Part shown: positions 1-9,337 of the stretch, in pieces | Position numbering within the stretch: position 1 is the stretch's first letter | How the letters are laid out: every line of letters begins with the position of its first letter | Origin: Candidatus Latescibacterota bacterium | GTDB lineage: Bacteria; Latescibacterota; UBA2968; UBA8231 | NCBI GenBank assembly: GCA_965221775.1 | Contig: CBDCSU010000004.1 | Coordinates: forward strand, 256,001 to 320,000 | Length of the DNA stretch: 64,000 bases | Direction of reading: 5' to 3' | Notes under the pieces: generated by a model | Seen by the model: the letters and a program-made list of their open reading frames with translations, nothing else | Databases searched by the model: none | Told to the model about the DNA's origin: nothing | Program-made: the position numbers and the translations under genes

Positions 1-8
1 GGGAGCAG

Positions 9-1331
9 TTGAAGGACTCCGTCTGCGCCTCCGTCGAGGCCAGCCGTGAGCGCATCGTCTCCCTCGGAGAGTCGGTGATGGACGAGCCGGAGGTCGGGTT
101 CAAGGAGCACCGCACCGCCGACCGGGTGAAATCGATATTCGAGGAGGCGGGCCTGCCCTTCGAGGAGGGCCTCGCCCTCACGGGAGTGCGGGCGGTCCTG
201 GAGGGAGGGCGGCCCGGGCCCACCGTCGCCCTCATGGGCGAGCTGGACGCCCTGGTCCTTCCCGGCCATCCGCGCGCCGACGGAACGACCGGCGCGGCCC
301 ACGCCTGCGGCCACAACGCCCAGATCGCCGGTCTCGCGGGTGCCGCCCTGGGTCTGGCCGCGTCGAACGTCGCCCGGCAGCTGTCCGGGCGCGTCGTGTT
401 CTTCGCCGTTCCCGCCGAGGAGTACGTGGAGATCGACTACCGTCTCGACCTCGTGCGCCGCGGCCGGACCACTTTCCTGGCCGGCAAGCCGGAACTGCTG
501 CAGCTGGGCGCCTTCGACGACATCGACATGGCGGTGATGATCCACTCGGGAAGCGCCGACACCCTGGAAGGCTCCTACGCTCTGTCCGAATCGTCGAACG
601 GCTTCCTGGCCAAGAGCGTCCGCTTCCGCGGCAAGGCCGCGCACTCCGGGCTGGCGCCCGAGCGGGGGGTGAATGCCCTGAACGCCGCGAACCTCGCTCT
701 CACCGCCATCAACGGCCAGCGGGAGACCTTCCGGGACGAGGACTGCGTGCGCGTCCATCCCATCCTCACCAAGGGCGGGGACATCGTCAACATCGTCCCC
801 GCCGAGACGCGCCTGGAGACTTACGTGCGGGCGCGCACCGACCCGGCCATGGAGGACGCCGCTGCCAAGGTCGACCGCGCCCTCAAGGGCGCGGCCATGG
901 CCTTCGGGTGCTCGGTGGAGATCGAGACCCTGCCGGGGTACCTGCCTCTTGCCAACGACCCCGGGCTGGCCTGCCTGTTCCGCCACAGCGCCGGACGCCT
1001 GTTCGGCGAGGACGAATACCAGGCCCTTGGCCACGGCGGCGGGTCCACAGACGCGGGAGACCTGAGCCAGATCATGCCGGTCCTGCACCCGGTGATGACC
1101 GGGGCCCGCGGTGCGGCCCACGGCGTGGACTGGCACATCGCCGATGCCGAGGCCGGGTACATGGCGCCGGCGAAGACGCTGGCCATGATGGCCGTCGACC
1201 TGCTCGCCGACGACGCCGAGGGGGCCCGCCGGGTGCTGGCCGAGGCCCGGCCGCCGCTGACCCGGGAGGACTACCTCCGGCAGCAGAAGGCGCGGTTCCA
1301 GTCGGAGGTCTACGACCCCGAAGCCGCATGA
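9..1331 (+). CDS. M20 family amidohydrolase (M20D-like)
   Basis: Motifs ELDAL, HACGHNAQ, VPAEE and GSTDAG; TTG start near the window edge. Confidence 0.85.
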   Translation: MKDSVCASVEASRERIVSLGESVMDEPEVGFKEHRTADRVKSIFEEAGLPFEEGLALTGVRAVLEGGRPGPTVALMGELDALVLPGHPRADGTTGAAHACGHNAQIAGLAGAALGLAASNVARQLSGRVVFFAVPAEEYVEIDYRLDLVRRGRTTFLAGKPELLQLGAFDDIDMAVMIHSGSADTLEGSYALSESSNGFLAKSVRFRGKAAHSGLAPERGVNALNAANLALTAINGQRETFRDEDCVRVHPILTKGGDIVNIVPAETRLETYVRARTDPAMEDAAAKVDRALKGAAMAFGCSVEIETLPGYLPLANDPGLACLFRHSAGRLFGEDEYQALGHGGGSTDAGDLSQIMPVLHPVMTGARGAAHGVDWHIADAEAGYMAPAKTLAMMAVDLLADDAEGARRVLAEARPPLTREDYLRQQKARFQSEVYDPEAA

Positions 1332-1405
1332 AGGTCGCACCCCCGGCCAGGAGGCCGGCCGCGACTGCCCACGACCACCGACTACCAGTAGAGGAGGGGA
1401 CGGAG

Positions 1406-2179
1406 ATGCCGTATCGACTCGGGCTGGTTACCTACCAGCTGGCCAAGGACTGGGACGTGGAGGAGATCATCGCCAACTGCACCGAGACCGGCTTCGAGGG
1501 CGTGGAGCTGCGCACGACCCACGCCCACGGGGTCGAGGTCGAGCTCGACGCCGGGCAGCGTCAGGAGGTTCGGGCCCGTTTCGAAGGCTCGGCCGTGGCT
1601 CTGGTGGGGCTGGGCTCGGCCTTCGAGTACGACTCGGTGGACCCGGCCGAGCTGCGGAGCAACATCGAGGGCACCAAGGAGTACGCCCGCCTCGCCGCGG
1701 ACGTCGGCGCCCCGGGGATCAAGGTGCGGCCGAACAGGGTGCACGACGACGAAGGCGTCCCTCGCGAGAAGACCTTCGAGCAGATCGGCCGGGCCCTGCG
1801 CGAGTGCGGAGAGTTCGCCGCCCAGCTCGGCGTCGAGATCCGTCTCGAGGTCCACGGCCGCGTCACCTGCGAGCCGGCGCATATCCGCACCATCCTCGAC
1901 CACGCCGACCACGGCAACGTCTTCGCCTGCTGGAACTCCAACCCCCAGGACTGCGATGAGTCGGGCTCCATCGATGCCAACTACGCACTGCTGGAGAAGG
2001 AGATCCGTCTCGTTCACATCAACGAGCTGTGGAGCGGGTACCCGTGGTCCCGCCTCTTCCGCCTGCTGCGCGGCTCGGGCTATGAAGGCTTCACCCTCGC
2101 CGAGATCCCGCCGAGCCGGGACCCGCTGCGTCTGATGCGCTACTACCGCGCCCTGTGGCAGGCGAACGGAGCCGGCTGA
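1406..2179 (+). CDS. Sugar phosphate isomerase/epimerase (xylose-isomerase-like TIM barrel)
   Basis: ATG at 1406 after a GGAGGGG RBS; GFEGVELR, RLEVHG and LVHINEL motifs. Confidence 0.8.
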   Translation: MPYRLGLVTYQLAKDWDVEEIIANCTETGFEGVELRTTHAHGVEVELDAGQRQEVRARFEGSAVALVGLGSAFEYDSVDPAELRSNIEGTKEYARLAADVGAPGIKVRPNRVHDDEGVPREKTFEQIGRALRECGEFAAQLGVEIRLEVHGRVTCEPAHIRTILDHADHGNVFACWNSNPQDCDESGSIDANYALLEKEIRLVHINELWSGYPWSRLFRLLRGSGYEGFTLAEIPPSRDPLRLMRYYRALWQANGAG

Positions 2180-3018
2180 TGCCCGAGGTCGCCTACGTCA
2201 ACGGTGCCTTCCTGCCCATCGAGCAGGCCGTGGTCTCCATCGAGGACCGTGGCTTCCAGTTTGCCGACGGCGTCTACGAAGTGGTCGCCACCTACGATGG
2301 CCGCCCGTACGCGATGGAGGAGCACCTGCGGCGGTTGGACCGCAGCCTGCGCGAGATCCGCATCGACTTCGACGTCAGCGGGATCCCGGACCTCGTGGAA
2401 GAGGGGATTCGGCGGTCGGGCTTCGACGAGACCCTGATCTACATCCAGGTCACCCGGGGCGCGGCTCCCCGCAACCACGAGTTCCCCGACCGTCCCCCGG
2501 AACCGACGGTGGTGATGACGGTGAAGCGGCTGGAGCGCCCTGAGTCGGACCTGTACGAGAGCGGCGTCAAGGTGATCACCACCCCGGACCTGCGGTGGAA
2601 GCGCTGCGACATCAAGTCGATCGCGCTGCTGCCGAACATCCTCGCCAAGCAGCAGGCCCACGAGGCCGGCGCCTACGAGTCCCTGCTGGTGGACGATCTC
2701 GGCCAGGTGACCGAGGGATCTTCGACCAGCGCCTTCATGGTCTCCGGTGGCGCCGTGTCCACCTCACCCGCCGGGCCTCACATCCTGCCCTCGATCACCC
2801 GCGGCATCCTCCTGGAGATCATCCGCGATCTGGGGATCCCGCTCCGCGAGAGATTCTGCCGGGTCGAGGAGTACCTGGCCGCCGACGAGGTCTTTCTCGC
2901 CGGAACGTCGACCGAGGCCATGCCCGTCGTGCAGGTCGACGACACCCGGATCGGCTCCGGCCGGCCCGGCCCCCTGACACTGCGGATCCGGGAGGCCTTC
3001 CTCTCCAGGGTCGGCTGA
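2179..3018 (+). CDS. dat: Class IV PLP aminotransferase, D-amino-acid transaminase-like
   Basis: DRGFQFADGVYEV, RCDIKS (catalytic Lys), VTEGSS and ILPSITR; ATG overlaps the upstream TGA. Confidence 0.8.
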   Translation: MPEVAYVNGAFLPIEQAVVSIEDRGFQFADGVYEVVATYDGRPYAMEEHLRRLDRSLREIRIDFDVSGIPDLVEEGIRRSGFDETLIYIQVTRGAAPRNHEFPDRPPEPTVVMTVKRLERPESDLYESGVKVITTPDLRWKRCDIKSIALLPNILAKQQAHEAGAYESLLVDDLGQVTEGSSTSAFMVSGGAVSTSPAGPHILPSITRGILLEIIRDLGIPLRERFCRVEEYLAADEVFLAGTSTEAMPVVQVDDTRIGSGRPGPLTLRIREAFLSRVG

Positions 3019-3030
3019 GCCCCGTACATC

Positions 3031-3063
3031 AAACGAGGGGAACCGGTCCTCCGGTCCCCCTCG
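3031..3063 (-). terminator. Probable intrinsic terminator between convergent genes
   Basis: Hairpin CGAGGGGAACCGG-TCCT-CCGGTCCCCCTCG with a short T run on the minus strand. Confidence 0.5.
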
Positions 3064-3087
3064 CCAGTCCTTCAGGGCCGATTCCGA

Positions 3088-4497
3088 TCAGTGGATGACG
3101 ACCATCTTGGTCTCGGTCATCTCCTGGATCGTGTACTTCGGCCCCTCCTTGCCCATGCCCGACTCCTTCACGCCGCCGTAAGGCATCAGGTCCGCGCGCC
3201 ACTGCGTGCCCCAGTTGATGTGGATGTTCCCGGACTCGACCTGCTGGGCGTACTTCAGGGCCCGGTCGATGTCCTGCGTGAAGATCGACGCCGACAGCCC
3301 GTAGTTCGTGTCGTTGGCCATGGCGATGGCCGCATCGATGTCGTCCACCCGCGTCAGTGCAACGGCGGGGCCGAAGATCTCGTCGCAGGAGACGCGCATG
3401 GCGGGGGACACGTCGGCCAGGATCGTGGGCTGATGGAGGGTGCCCTCGCGCCCTCCGCCGGTGACGAGGCGAGCCCCGCCGGAGACCGCGTCGGAGATCC
3501 AGCCCTCCACCCTCTCGGCATCGGACTCGCGGATCATCGGCCCCATGGTGGTCCCGTCCTTCAAGGGGTCGCCGGTGGACAGGCCTTCCACCTTGGGGGT
3601 CAGGGCGTCGATGAAGTCTCCGTACACGGTGCCCTCCACGAGAATGCGCTGCGCCGAGATGCATACCTGGCCGGCGTTTGCGAACCCCGAGGAGGTCACG
3701 CCCTCGGCGACCTTGTCCAGATCGGCGTCGTCCATGACCACCACGGGCGAGTTCGACCCGAGCTCCATGGTGACCCGCTTCAGGCCGGCGGTCCTGCAGA
3801 TGTGCTCACCCACGTCCCGGGAGCCGGTGAAGGAGATCTTGCGCACCCGCTCGTCGGAGGCGATGGCGTCTCCTATCGCTGCGCCCGATCCGGTGACCAC
3901 GCTCACCGCCTCCGGCGGGAAGCCGGCGTCGAGCATGATCTCCACCAGCTTGACACCCGACAGGGGCGTGTCGCTGGCCGGTTTGAGGAGCACGGCGTTC
4001 CCCGCGGCCAGGGCCGGCCCGACCTTGTGGCAGACCAGGTTCAGGGGAAAGTTGAACGGCGTGATCGCCGCCACCACGCCGCACGGCACCCTCAGGGTGA
4101 AGCCGAACTTCCCGGCCCCGTTGGAGGCGGCGCCCAGGTCGAGGGTTTCTCCCGTCAGGCGCTTGGCCTCCTCCGCCGACAGGGTGATCGTCTCCTGGGC
4201 CCGCGCCGCTTCGCCCATGCCCTCCGGGAGGATCTTCCCCTCCTCGAGAGTGATGGTGCGGCCCAGGTCGTCCAGGCGCTCGGTCATCAGGTCGGCGGCC
4301 TTGTGCAGCAGCTCGTAGCGCTCGAAGGCGGGCATCCGCCGCATGATCTCCGCCCCGCGCACCGCGGTCTCGATCGCTTCGGTCACGTCGCCGGCCCCCG
4401 CCCTTGGCACGGTGTCGACGACGGAGCCGTCGAAGGGATTGAGGACCTCGATCTCATCCTCCTTGCCGATCCACTGGCCGCCCACATGCATCTTCAT
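3088..4497 (-). CDS. NAD(P)-dependent aldehyde dehydrogenase
   Basis: ITPFNFP, FTGS, MELGSN, GQVCIS (catalytic Cys) and EIFGP. Confidence 0.92.
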   Translation of the reverse strand: MKMHVGGQWIGKEDEIEVLNPFDGSVVDTVPRAGAGDVTEAIETAVRGAEIMRRMPAFERYELLHKAADLMTERLDDLGRTITLEEGKILPEGMGEAARAQETITLSAEEAKRLTGETLDLGAASNGAGKFGFTLRVPCGVVAAITPFNFPLNLVCHKVGPALAAGNAVLLKPASDTPLSGVKLVEIMLDAGFPPEAVSVVTGSGAAIGDAIASDERVRKISFTGSRDVGEHICRTAGLKRVTMELGSNSPVVVMDDADLDKVAEGVTSSGFANAGQVCISAQRILVEGTVYGDFIDALTPKVEGLSTGDPLKDGTTMGPMIRESDAERVEGWISDAVSGGARLVTGGGREGTLHQPTILADVSPAMRVSCDEIFGPAVALTRVDDIDAAIAMANDTNYGLSASIFTQDIDRALKYAQQVESGNIHINWGTQWRADLMPYGGVKESGMGKEGPKYTIQEMTETKMVVIH

Positions 4498-4552
4498 GGC
4501 TTTGATCCTGTTGCTGAGGTGGTCGTTTTCGCGAAGACGCGAAGGAAGATAG

Positions 4553-5041
4553 TCACTCCGTCGATTCGAGGTCGAGGTGCTCCGCGTGGACCCTGCTCGG
4601 GCCGATCGTCAGCATTCCCGCCAGCCGGGGCTTCCCGAACCGCTTGCGCCCCGCGCTGGCCGGGTTGAAGTAGAGGACGGGGGTCTCGGGCGGACCCGCC
4701 CCCTGCAGGAAGGGGATGTGGCTGTGACCGAAGATGACGACCCTGGCGCCGGGCGGCAGCGGGTCTTCGGAGGTCCCGCCGCCGGGCGGCGTGAAGATGT
4801 GGGTCATGTAGATCGAGACGCCGGCGACCGAGAGGCTGATCGACTCGGGGAGGTGTGCGAGACCGGGACCCTCGTCGACGTTGCCCCGTACAGCGATCAC
4901 GGGGGCGACGTTGGACAACTCTTCGAGGATCGACGGGTTCCCCACGTCGCCGGCATGGAGAATGAGGTCGACTCCGGCATAGAGCCGCGGCACCCGCGGA
5001 TCCAGGAACCCGTGGGTGTCGGAGACGACGCCGGCCCGCAT
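4553..5041 (-). CDS. Metallophosphoesterase, YfcE/MJ0936 family
   Basis: SDTHG, HAGDVG, RGNVD, FGHSH and NPASA; start taken at ATG 5041. Confidence 0.85.
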   Translation of the reverse strand: MRAGVVSDTHGFLDPRVPRLYAGVDLILHAGDVGNPSILEELSNVAPVIAVRGNVDEGPGLAHLPESISLSVAGVSIYMTHIFTPPGGGTSEDPLPPGARVVIFGHSHIPFLQGAGPPETPVLYFNPASAGRKRFGKPRLAGMLTIGPSRVHAEHLDLESTE

Positions 5042-5046
5042 GCGGC

Positions 5047-5952
5047 TCAAGGATCCATGGCGCACCGGAATCCGATGCGCGGTCCCTTGTCGCGCGGTTT
5101 CCCGAAGGCCCGCATGGCGATGCGGATCTGGTGCGAGGGGGATTTGTAGGACCCTCCCTTGACCACCTTCTTGGTTCCGGTGGACGGCCCCGTCGGATCA
5201 CGGATCGCCTCCTTGCCTCCGCCGGGGTCCCGGGCTTCCGCCAACTGGCGGTAGTAGTACACCGCGTACCAGTCGTGGACCCACTCCTCGGCGTTGCCCG
5301 CCATGTCCATGATGCCGAAGGGACTCACCCCGTCGGGATAGGAGCCCACCGGCGCCGTCCACGTATGGCCGTCCTGGTCGTGCCCGGTCCTGGGGCGGTA
5401 GTTCGCCCACCAGATGCCGTTGGAGTAGGGATGCCCCTCGCCCCAGGGATACTGCCGGTACTCCCTCCCCCGGGCGGCGTACTCCCACTCCGCCTCGGTG
5501 GGCAGGCGCTTCCCCGCCCAGTGGCAGTACGCGTAGGCGTCGTACCAGTTGAGCCCGACCGCCGGTAGCCGGTCCCCACGCAGGTCGTCGTTCAGGTAGC
5601 GCTGCCTGTGCTCCAGGTTCTCCGGCTGATCGGGATGGCTCCACTTGCGGCCGTGGGCGGCGACATCGTCGAGGAAGCGCCCGTACTGGGCGTTGGTCAC
5701 CTCTTGCTTGTCCAGGTAGTAGGCGCTGAGGTGCACCTCGTGCTCGGGCCGCTCGGCGACATAGGTGAGCAGGTGGCCGTCCGGTGCCTGGCTGACCTCC
5801 TCCTCGCGACCCCCCATGGGGAAAGCGCCCTCCGGGATGAGGACCATCACCGAGCCGTCGTCGGCGGTGATCACGGGGTCGGGGCCGCAGCCGAGAACGA
5901 CGAAGCCGGCCAGGGCCAGGAAGAGATGGCGGAGGCGATGTCCTCCTGTCAT
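5047..5952 (-). CDS. FGE-sulfatase (SUMF1/EgtB/PvdO) domain lipoprotein
   Basis: Lipobox-like VLGC; EVTNAQY, RLPTEAEWEYAARG, DMAGNAEEW and GFRC; lacks the FGE catalytic cysteines. Confidence 0.85.
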   Translation of the reverse strand: MTGGHRLRHLFLALAGFVVLGCGPDPVITADDGSVMVLIPEGAFPMGGREEEVSQAPDGHLLTYVAERPEHEVHLSAYYLDKQEVTNAQYGRFLDDVAAHGRKWSHPDQPENLEHRQRYLNDDLRGDRLPAVGLNWYDAYAYCHWAGKRLPTEAEWEYAARGREYRQYPWGEGHPYSNGIWWANYRPRTGHDQDGHTWTAPVGSYPDGVSPFGIMDMAGNAEEWVHDWYAVYYYRQLAEARDPGGGKEAIRDPTGPSTGTKKVVKGGSYKSPSHQIRIAMRAFGKPRDKGPRIGFRCAMDP

Positions 5953-6022
5953 CGTGCGAAGTCTCCTTGGGTTGGCGTGATCAGGATGTAGAATGATGGC
6001 GCCCCCTCAAGGTTCCCGAAAG

Positions 6023-7462
6023 CTACCACCCGAGGCGCTCCCGAAGGGGGATCGGACGGCCGGAGTCGTCGGAGAGCCGGGACGCCGGGGAGGAGACGCG
6101 CGTGAGGCGGCTTGCCGCCAGCAGCGCAGCGAGGGACGGGAGGACGGCGAGCAGGTCGGGGGGCCATCCGGGGGGAAGGGTGTACATGAAGAGCAGCCAG
6201 GAGGCGAATCCGGCGAGGATCGCGGCGAGGGACCCGACGGCGTTCGCTCCTTTCCACCAGATGCCGGCGGTCAGCGGCACGAAGAGGGTGGCGAGCAGGA
6301 CCGACCAGGAGTCGACCATCAGGTCGTAGACCGAGGTCCGATGCAGGGCCAGCAGGAGGGCGAACACCCCGAGGACGACGACGGAGAGACGGGAGGCCAG
6401 CAGGCAGGTCCTCTCCGTGACCTGGGGCCGCAGCGCCCGGAGCAGATCCCAGCCGATCACGCTCGAAGGCGCCAGCAGGGCGCTGTCGGCGCTGGACAAC
6501 AGAGCCGAGACCAGGGCGCCCATGAACAGCACCAGGGCCGCCGCGGGCAGGTACCGCTGGGCGATCTCCATCATCACCAGGTCGGGGTCGGCCAGGTCGG
6601 GGATGAGCACGGCGCCCGCCATGCCGAGCAGTACCGGCAGCAGACCGACGGTCAGGTAGATCAGCCCCGACAGGTAGGCGCTGCGCACGGCCACGCGGTC
6701 GTCACGACTCGACAGGCTGCGTTGGATCAGGTCCTGTCCGGCGAGGTTCCCGAGGCCGATGACCAGCCACTCGCGGGCATAGCCGAACCACTCGGTGGCG
6801 CCGGCTTCCCGGGGATAGAGGTGGAAGCGCTCCTCCGGGATCCGCGCGGCGATCGCCGCCCATCCCCCCATGTCGTGCAGGAGCAGAGGCGTGATCACGA
6901 CCATGCCGGCGATGAGCACGGCGAGCTGCACGAAATCGGTCAGGGTCACCGCCCACATGCCGCCGGCGAAGGTGTAGACCAGGACCACGGCGGCCCCCAC
7001 CAGGATGGCTACCGTGGGATCCAGCCCGGTCAGGGATTCCAGGATGACGCCGAAGGCGACCATGAGCGCCGCCACCCAACCCACGTAGGCCGGAACGGTG
7101 CACACGCTGGCCAGCAGGCCGGAGCGCACGTCGAAGCGGCGCGTGAAGAAGGAGGCCACGGTCATCACCCCGGCGCGGCGCAGGGCCCGGAGGTAGAAGG
7201 CCCCGGCCAGGAACAGGCACAACGCGGCGCCGAAGGGATCGGCGATGACGGCGAGAAAGCCGCCCTCGTAGGCGGCGCTGGCGGCGCCGATGCACAGGCC
7301 CCCGCCGAACCAAGTGGCCGACAGGGTCGCCGTGGCCAGCGGCAGGGACAGCCTGCGGCCGGCCACCAGGTAGTCGGCGGAGCTTGCGACGCGGCGGCTG
7401 GCGTAGATCCCGACGGCGAGCATCACCAGCAGGTACAGGCCAAGACCGGTCATCACGAACAT
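6023..7462 (-). CDS. Sodium:solute symporter family protein
   Basis: DYLVAGRRL, YTFAGGMWAVTLTDFVQ and SALLSSADS; many TM helices; start at ATG 7462. Confidence 0.88.
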   Translation of the reverse strand: MFVMTGLGLYLLVMLAVGIYASRRVASSADYLVAGRRLSLPLATATLSATWFGGGLCIGAASAAYEGGFLAVIADPFGAALCLFLAGAFYLRALRRAGVMTVASFFTRRFDVRSGLLASVCTVPAYVGWVAALMVAFGVILESLTGLDPTVAILVGAAVVLVYTFAGGMWAVTLTDFVQLAVLIAGMVVITPLLLHDMGGWAAIAARIPEERFHLYPREAGATEWFGYAREWLVIGLGNLAGQDLIQRSLSSRDDRVAVRSAYLSGLIYLTVGLLPVLLGMAGAVLIPDLADPDLVMMEIAQRYLPAAALVLFMGALVSALLSSADSALLAPSSVIGWDLLRALRPQVTERTCLLASRLSVVVLGVFALLLALHRTSVYDLMVDSWSVLLATLFVPLTAGIWWKGANAVGSLAAILAGFASWLLFMYTLPPGWPPDLLAVLPSLAALLAASRLTRVSSPASRLSDDSGRPIPLRERLGW

Positions 7463-7468
7463 GTCGGC

Positions 7469-7474
7469 ATTATA
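7469..7474 (-). promoter_or_regulatory. -10 box (TATAAT) 6 nt upstream of the symporter ATG, probably a leaderless promoter
   Basis: Minus strand reads TTTTCTTATAATGCCGACATG; no Shine-Dalgarno. Confidence 0.6.
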
Positions 7475-7529
7475 AGAAAACCGGGGAAGCGGGCCGCAGG
7501 GCCCTCGGCTCCCCCTCGCGCGGTGACCG

Positions 7530-7578
7530 ATGGCGGCCCCCGCCATCCACGGATGGCGGAGTTGGCGGTTCCCGCCGA
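7530..7578. promoter_or_regulatory. Two putative enhancer (UAS) palindromes for the PspF-like activator
   Basis: ATGGCG-N5-CGCCAT (7530-7546) and TTGGCG-N5-CGCCGA (7562-7578), centres 32 bp apart, 100-150 bp upstream of the -24 element. Confidence 0.55.
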
Positions 7579-7678
7579 TTCGCAACGTCACATGACTTTC
7601 CGTTCGTCTCCAGGCAGTACTTGATAAAAGATTGAAGGAGATAACGTTAGGATTCCATCAGAGCCTTCGTAGTGGTCC

Positions 7679-7694
7679 TGGCACCGCTCTTGCT
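7679..7694 (+). promoter_or_regulatory. Sigma-54 (-24/-12) promoter of the pspA operon
   Basis: TGGCAC-CGCTC-TTGCT matches TGGCAC-N5-TTGCW, about 90 bp upstream of pspA; a sigma-54 activator is encoded in the same operon. Confidence 0.88.
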
Positions 7695-7784
7695 CAGCAG
7701 GGATGACAGGTCCCGGACCCCTCGGTGGAGGGGGGGGCACGGAAGGGTTAGTTTTCCACAACTTGGCTACGAGAGAGGCGAGCG

Positions 7785-8480
7785 ATGGCAAAGGGCATGT
7801 TCGCGCGCATGGCAGACATCCTGCGATCCAACATCAGCGAGGCCCTCGACCGCGCCGAAGAGCCCGAGAAGCTCATCCGGCAGATGATTCGCGAGATGGA
7901 GGAGGCGGTGAACAAGGCCACCGCCTCGGTGGGCACGGCGGTGGCCAACCAGAAGCGGCTCGAGCGTCAGCACGACGAGCGCGCCGCCCAGTGCGAGGAG
8001 TGGCAGCGGCGGGCCGAGCGCGCCGTCGAAGCCGGCGAGGACGACCTGGCCCGGCGCGCCCTCGAGCGCCGGGCGGTCCTGCAGCAGGCCGCCGCCGACC
8101 TGGCCCCGGCCCTGGAGGAGAGCCGCCGCACGGCAGAGCAGCTGCGCGAGCAACTCCGGGAGCTCAAGGGCAAGCTCGAGGAGGCCCGGACGCGTCAGGG
8201 GACCCTGATGGCCCGCCACCGGGCCGCCGAAGCCCGCAAGCGCCTGGCGCAGTCGATGCACGGCCTCGGAGACGACGCCTTCTCCAGCTTCGAGCGTTTC
8301 GAGCAGCGGGTGGAGGACACCGAGGCCGAAGCCGAGGCCCACGCCGAGGTCGCCGATGATCTGGGCGAGGTCGAGCGGCGGGTGCGGGACATGGACCGGT
8401 CGGCGGCGGTGGAAGATGAGTTGAAGGCCCTCAAGGACCGGCTCCTGCGCGAGCGCGAGCAGGCTTCGGGGAGCGCGTGA
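7785..8480 (+). CDS. pspA: PspA/IM30 family phage shock protein A
   Basis: MFARMADILRSNISEALDRAEEPEKLIRQMIREME, GEDDLARRAL, FERFEQRV and VEDELKALK; all coiled coil. Confidence 0.93.
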   Translation: MAKGMFARMADILRSNISEALDRAEEPEKLIRQMIREMEEAVNKATASVGTAVANQKRLERQHDERAAQCEEWQRRAERAVEAGEDDLARRALERRAVLQQAAADLAPALEESRRTAEQLREQLRELKGKLEEARTRQGTLMARHRAAEARKRLAQSMHGLGDDAFSSFERFEQRVEDTEAEAEAHAEVADDLGEVERRVRDMDRSAAVEDELKALKDRLLREREQASGSA

Positions 8481-8493
8481 GGGAGTGAGACCG

Positions 8494-8955
8494 ATGGGCA
8501 CCCCCTTGGAGGGATGGCTCCGACGCGCGGGATCCCTGCTGTTCAGGGCGGCGTCGGCCCTGCTCCTGTCGGTGGGCCTGGGGCTGATCCTCTACGGGAT
8601 GGGTCAGCGCATCGACCACGACGACTGGCAGGAGCCGCTGTCCATCGGGGTCCCCGTCTTCGCCCTCGGGGCCGCGGCCTGGTTCTGCTCCGGACGCCTC
8701 GCCGCCTCTGCCCGGCAGGCCCGCGCCCGGCGCATGGAGAACCGCATCCTGCGGCTGGCGCGAGAGCGCTTCGGCCGGCTCACGGTCATCGAGGCCGCCG
8801 TCGAGACCGGTCTCACCGCCGCCGAGACCGAGTCGATCCTTCGGGGCTTGGCCGATGGCGGATTCGTGGAGATCGAGGTCAACGAAGCCGGGGTCATGAG
8901 CTACCGTTTCCCCGAGGTCATCTACTCGTCGAGAGGCGAACGTTCCGCCTTGTGA
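8494..8955 (+). CDS. Two-TM membrane protein with C-terminal winged-helix-like domain
   Basis: Two hydrophobic segments, then ILRLARERFGRLTVIEAAVETGLTAAETESILRGLADGGFVEIEVNEAGVMSYRF (helix-helix-helix-hairpin pattern). Alternative GTG start at 8485. Confidence 0.7.
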   Translation: MGTPLEGWLRRAGSLLFRAASALLLSVGLGLILYGMGQRIDHDDWQEPLSIGVPVFALGAAAWFCSGRLAASARQARARRMENRILRLARERFGRLTVIEAAVETGLTAAETESILRGLADGGFVEIEVNEAGVMSYRFPEVIYSSRGERSAL

Positions 8956-8980
8956 GACAGCCCCGAAAGGACTGCGCCCC

Positions 8981-9337
8981 ATGAGGATTCCGACGATTTT
9001 CCACTGGCCCACGCCATGGTTCTGGGTCGGCCTGACGATATTGCTGCTTGGTCTGGTGGGGGATTCTCCGGCCATGGCGGTCGCCGCCGTGATCGTCCTC
9101 GCCGCAAGCGTGGCCCACGTCGCCAGGGGCAAGGCCGCCCGGCCGCGCCCCGAGGGCCACTGGGACGACGCGAGAGTCGGAGAGCCCCCGGGGCTGGACC
9201 AGCGCCTCACCGAGATCGAGCGGCGTCTCACGGACACGCAGGACGTGATGATCGCCCTGAGCGAGAAGATGGACCGCTGGGAGCGGGAGGGGATGTCCCC
9301 GGCCCCGGCTGGGGCCGCCGACAGGGGGACGGAGTAG
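8981..9337 (+). CDS. Small membrane protein with C-terminal coiled coil (PspB/PspC-like architecture)
   Basis: AAGGA RBS; N-terminal TM pair, then LDQRLTEIERRLTDTQDVMIALSEKMDRWER. Confidence 0.7.
   Translation: MRIPTIFHWPTPWFWVGLTILLLGLVGDSPAMAVAAVIVLAASVAHVARGKAARPRPEGHWDDARVGEPPGLDQRLTEIERRLTDTQDVMIALSEKMDRWEREGMSPAPAGAADRGTE

Noticed and set aside
5047-5952. Active formylglycine-generating enzyme
   Set aside because: The catalytic Cys pair after the GGS motif is absent (KGGSYKSPSHQIR), so it is only an FGE-fold protein.
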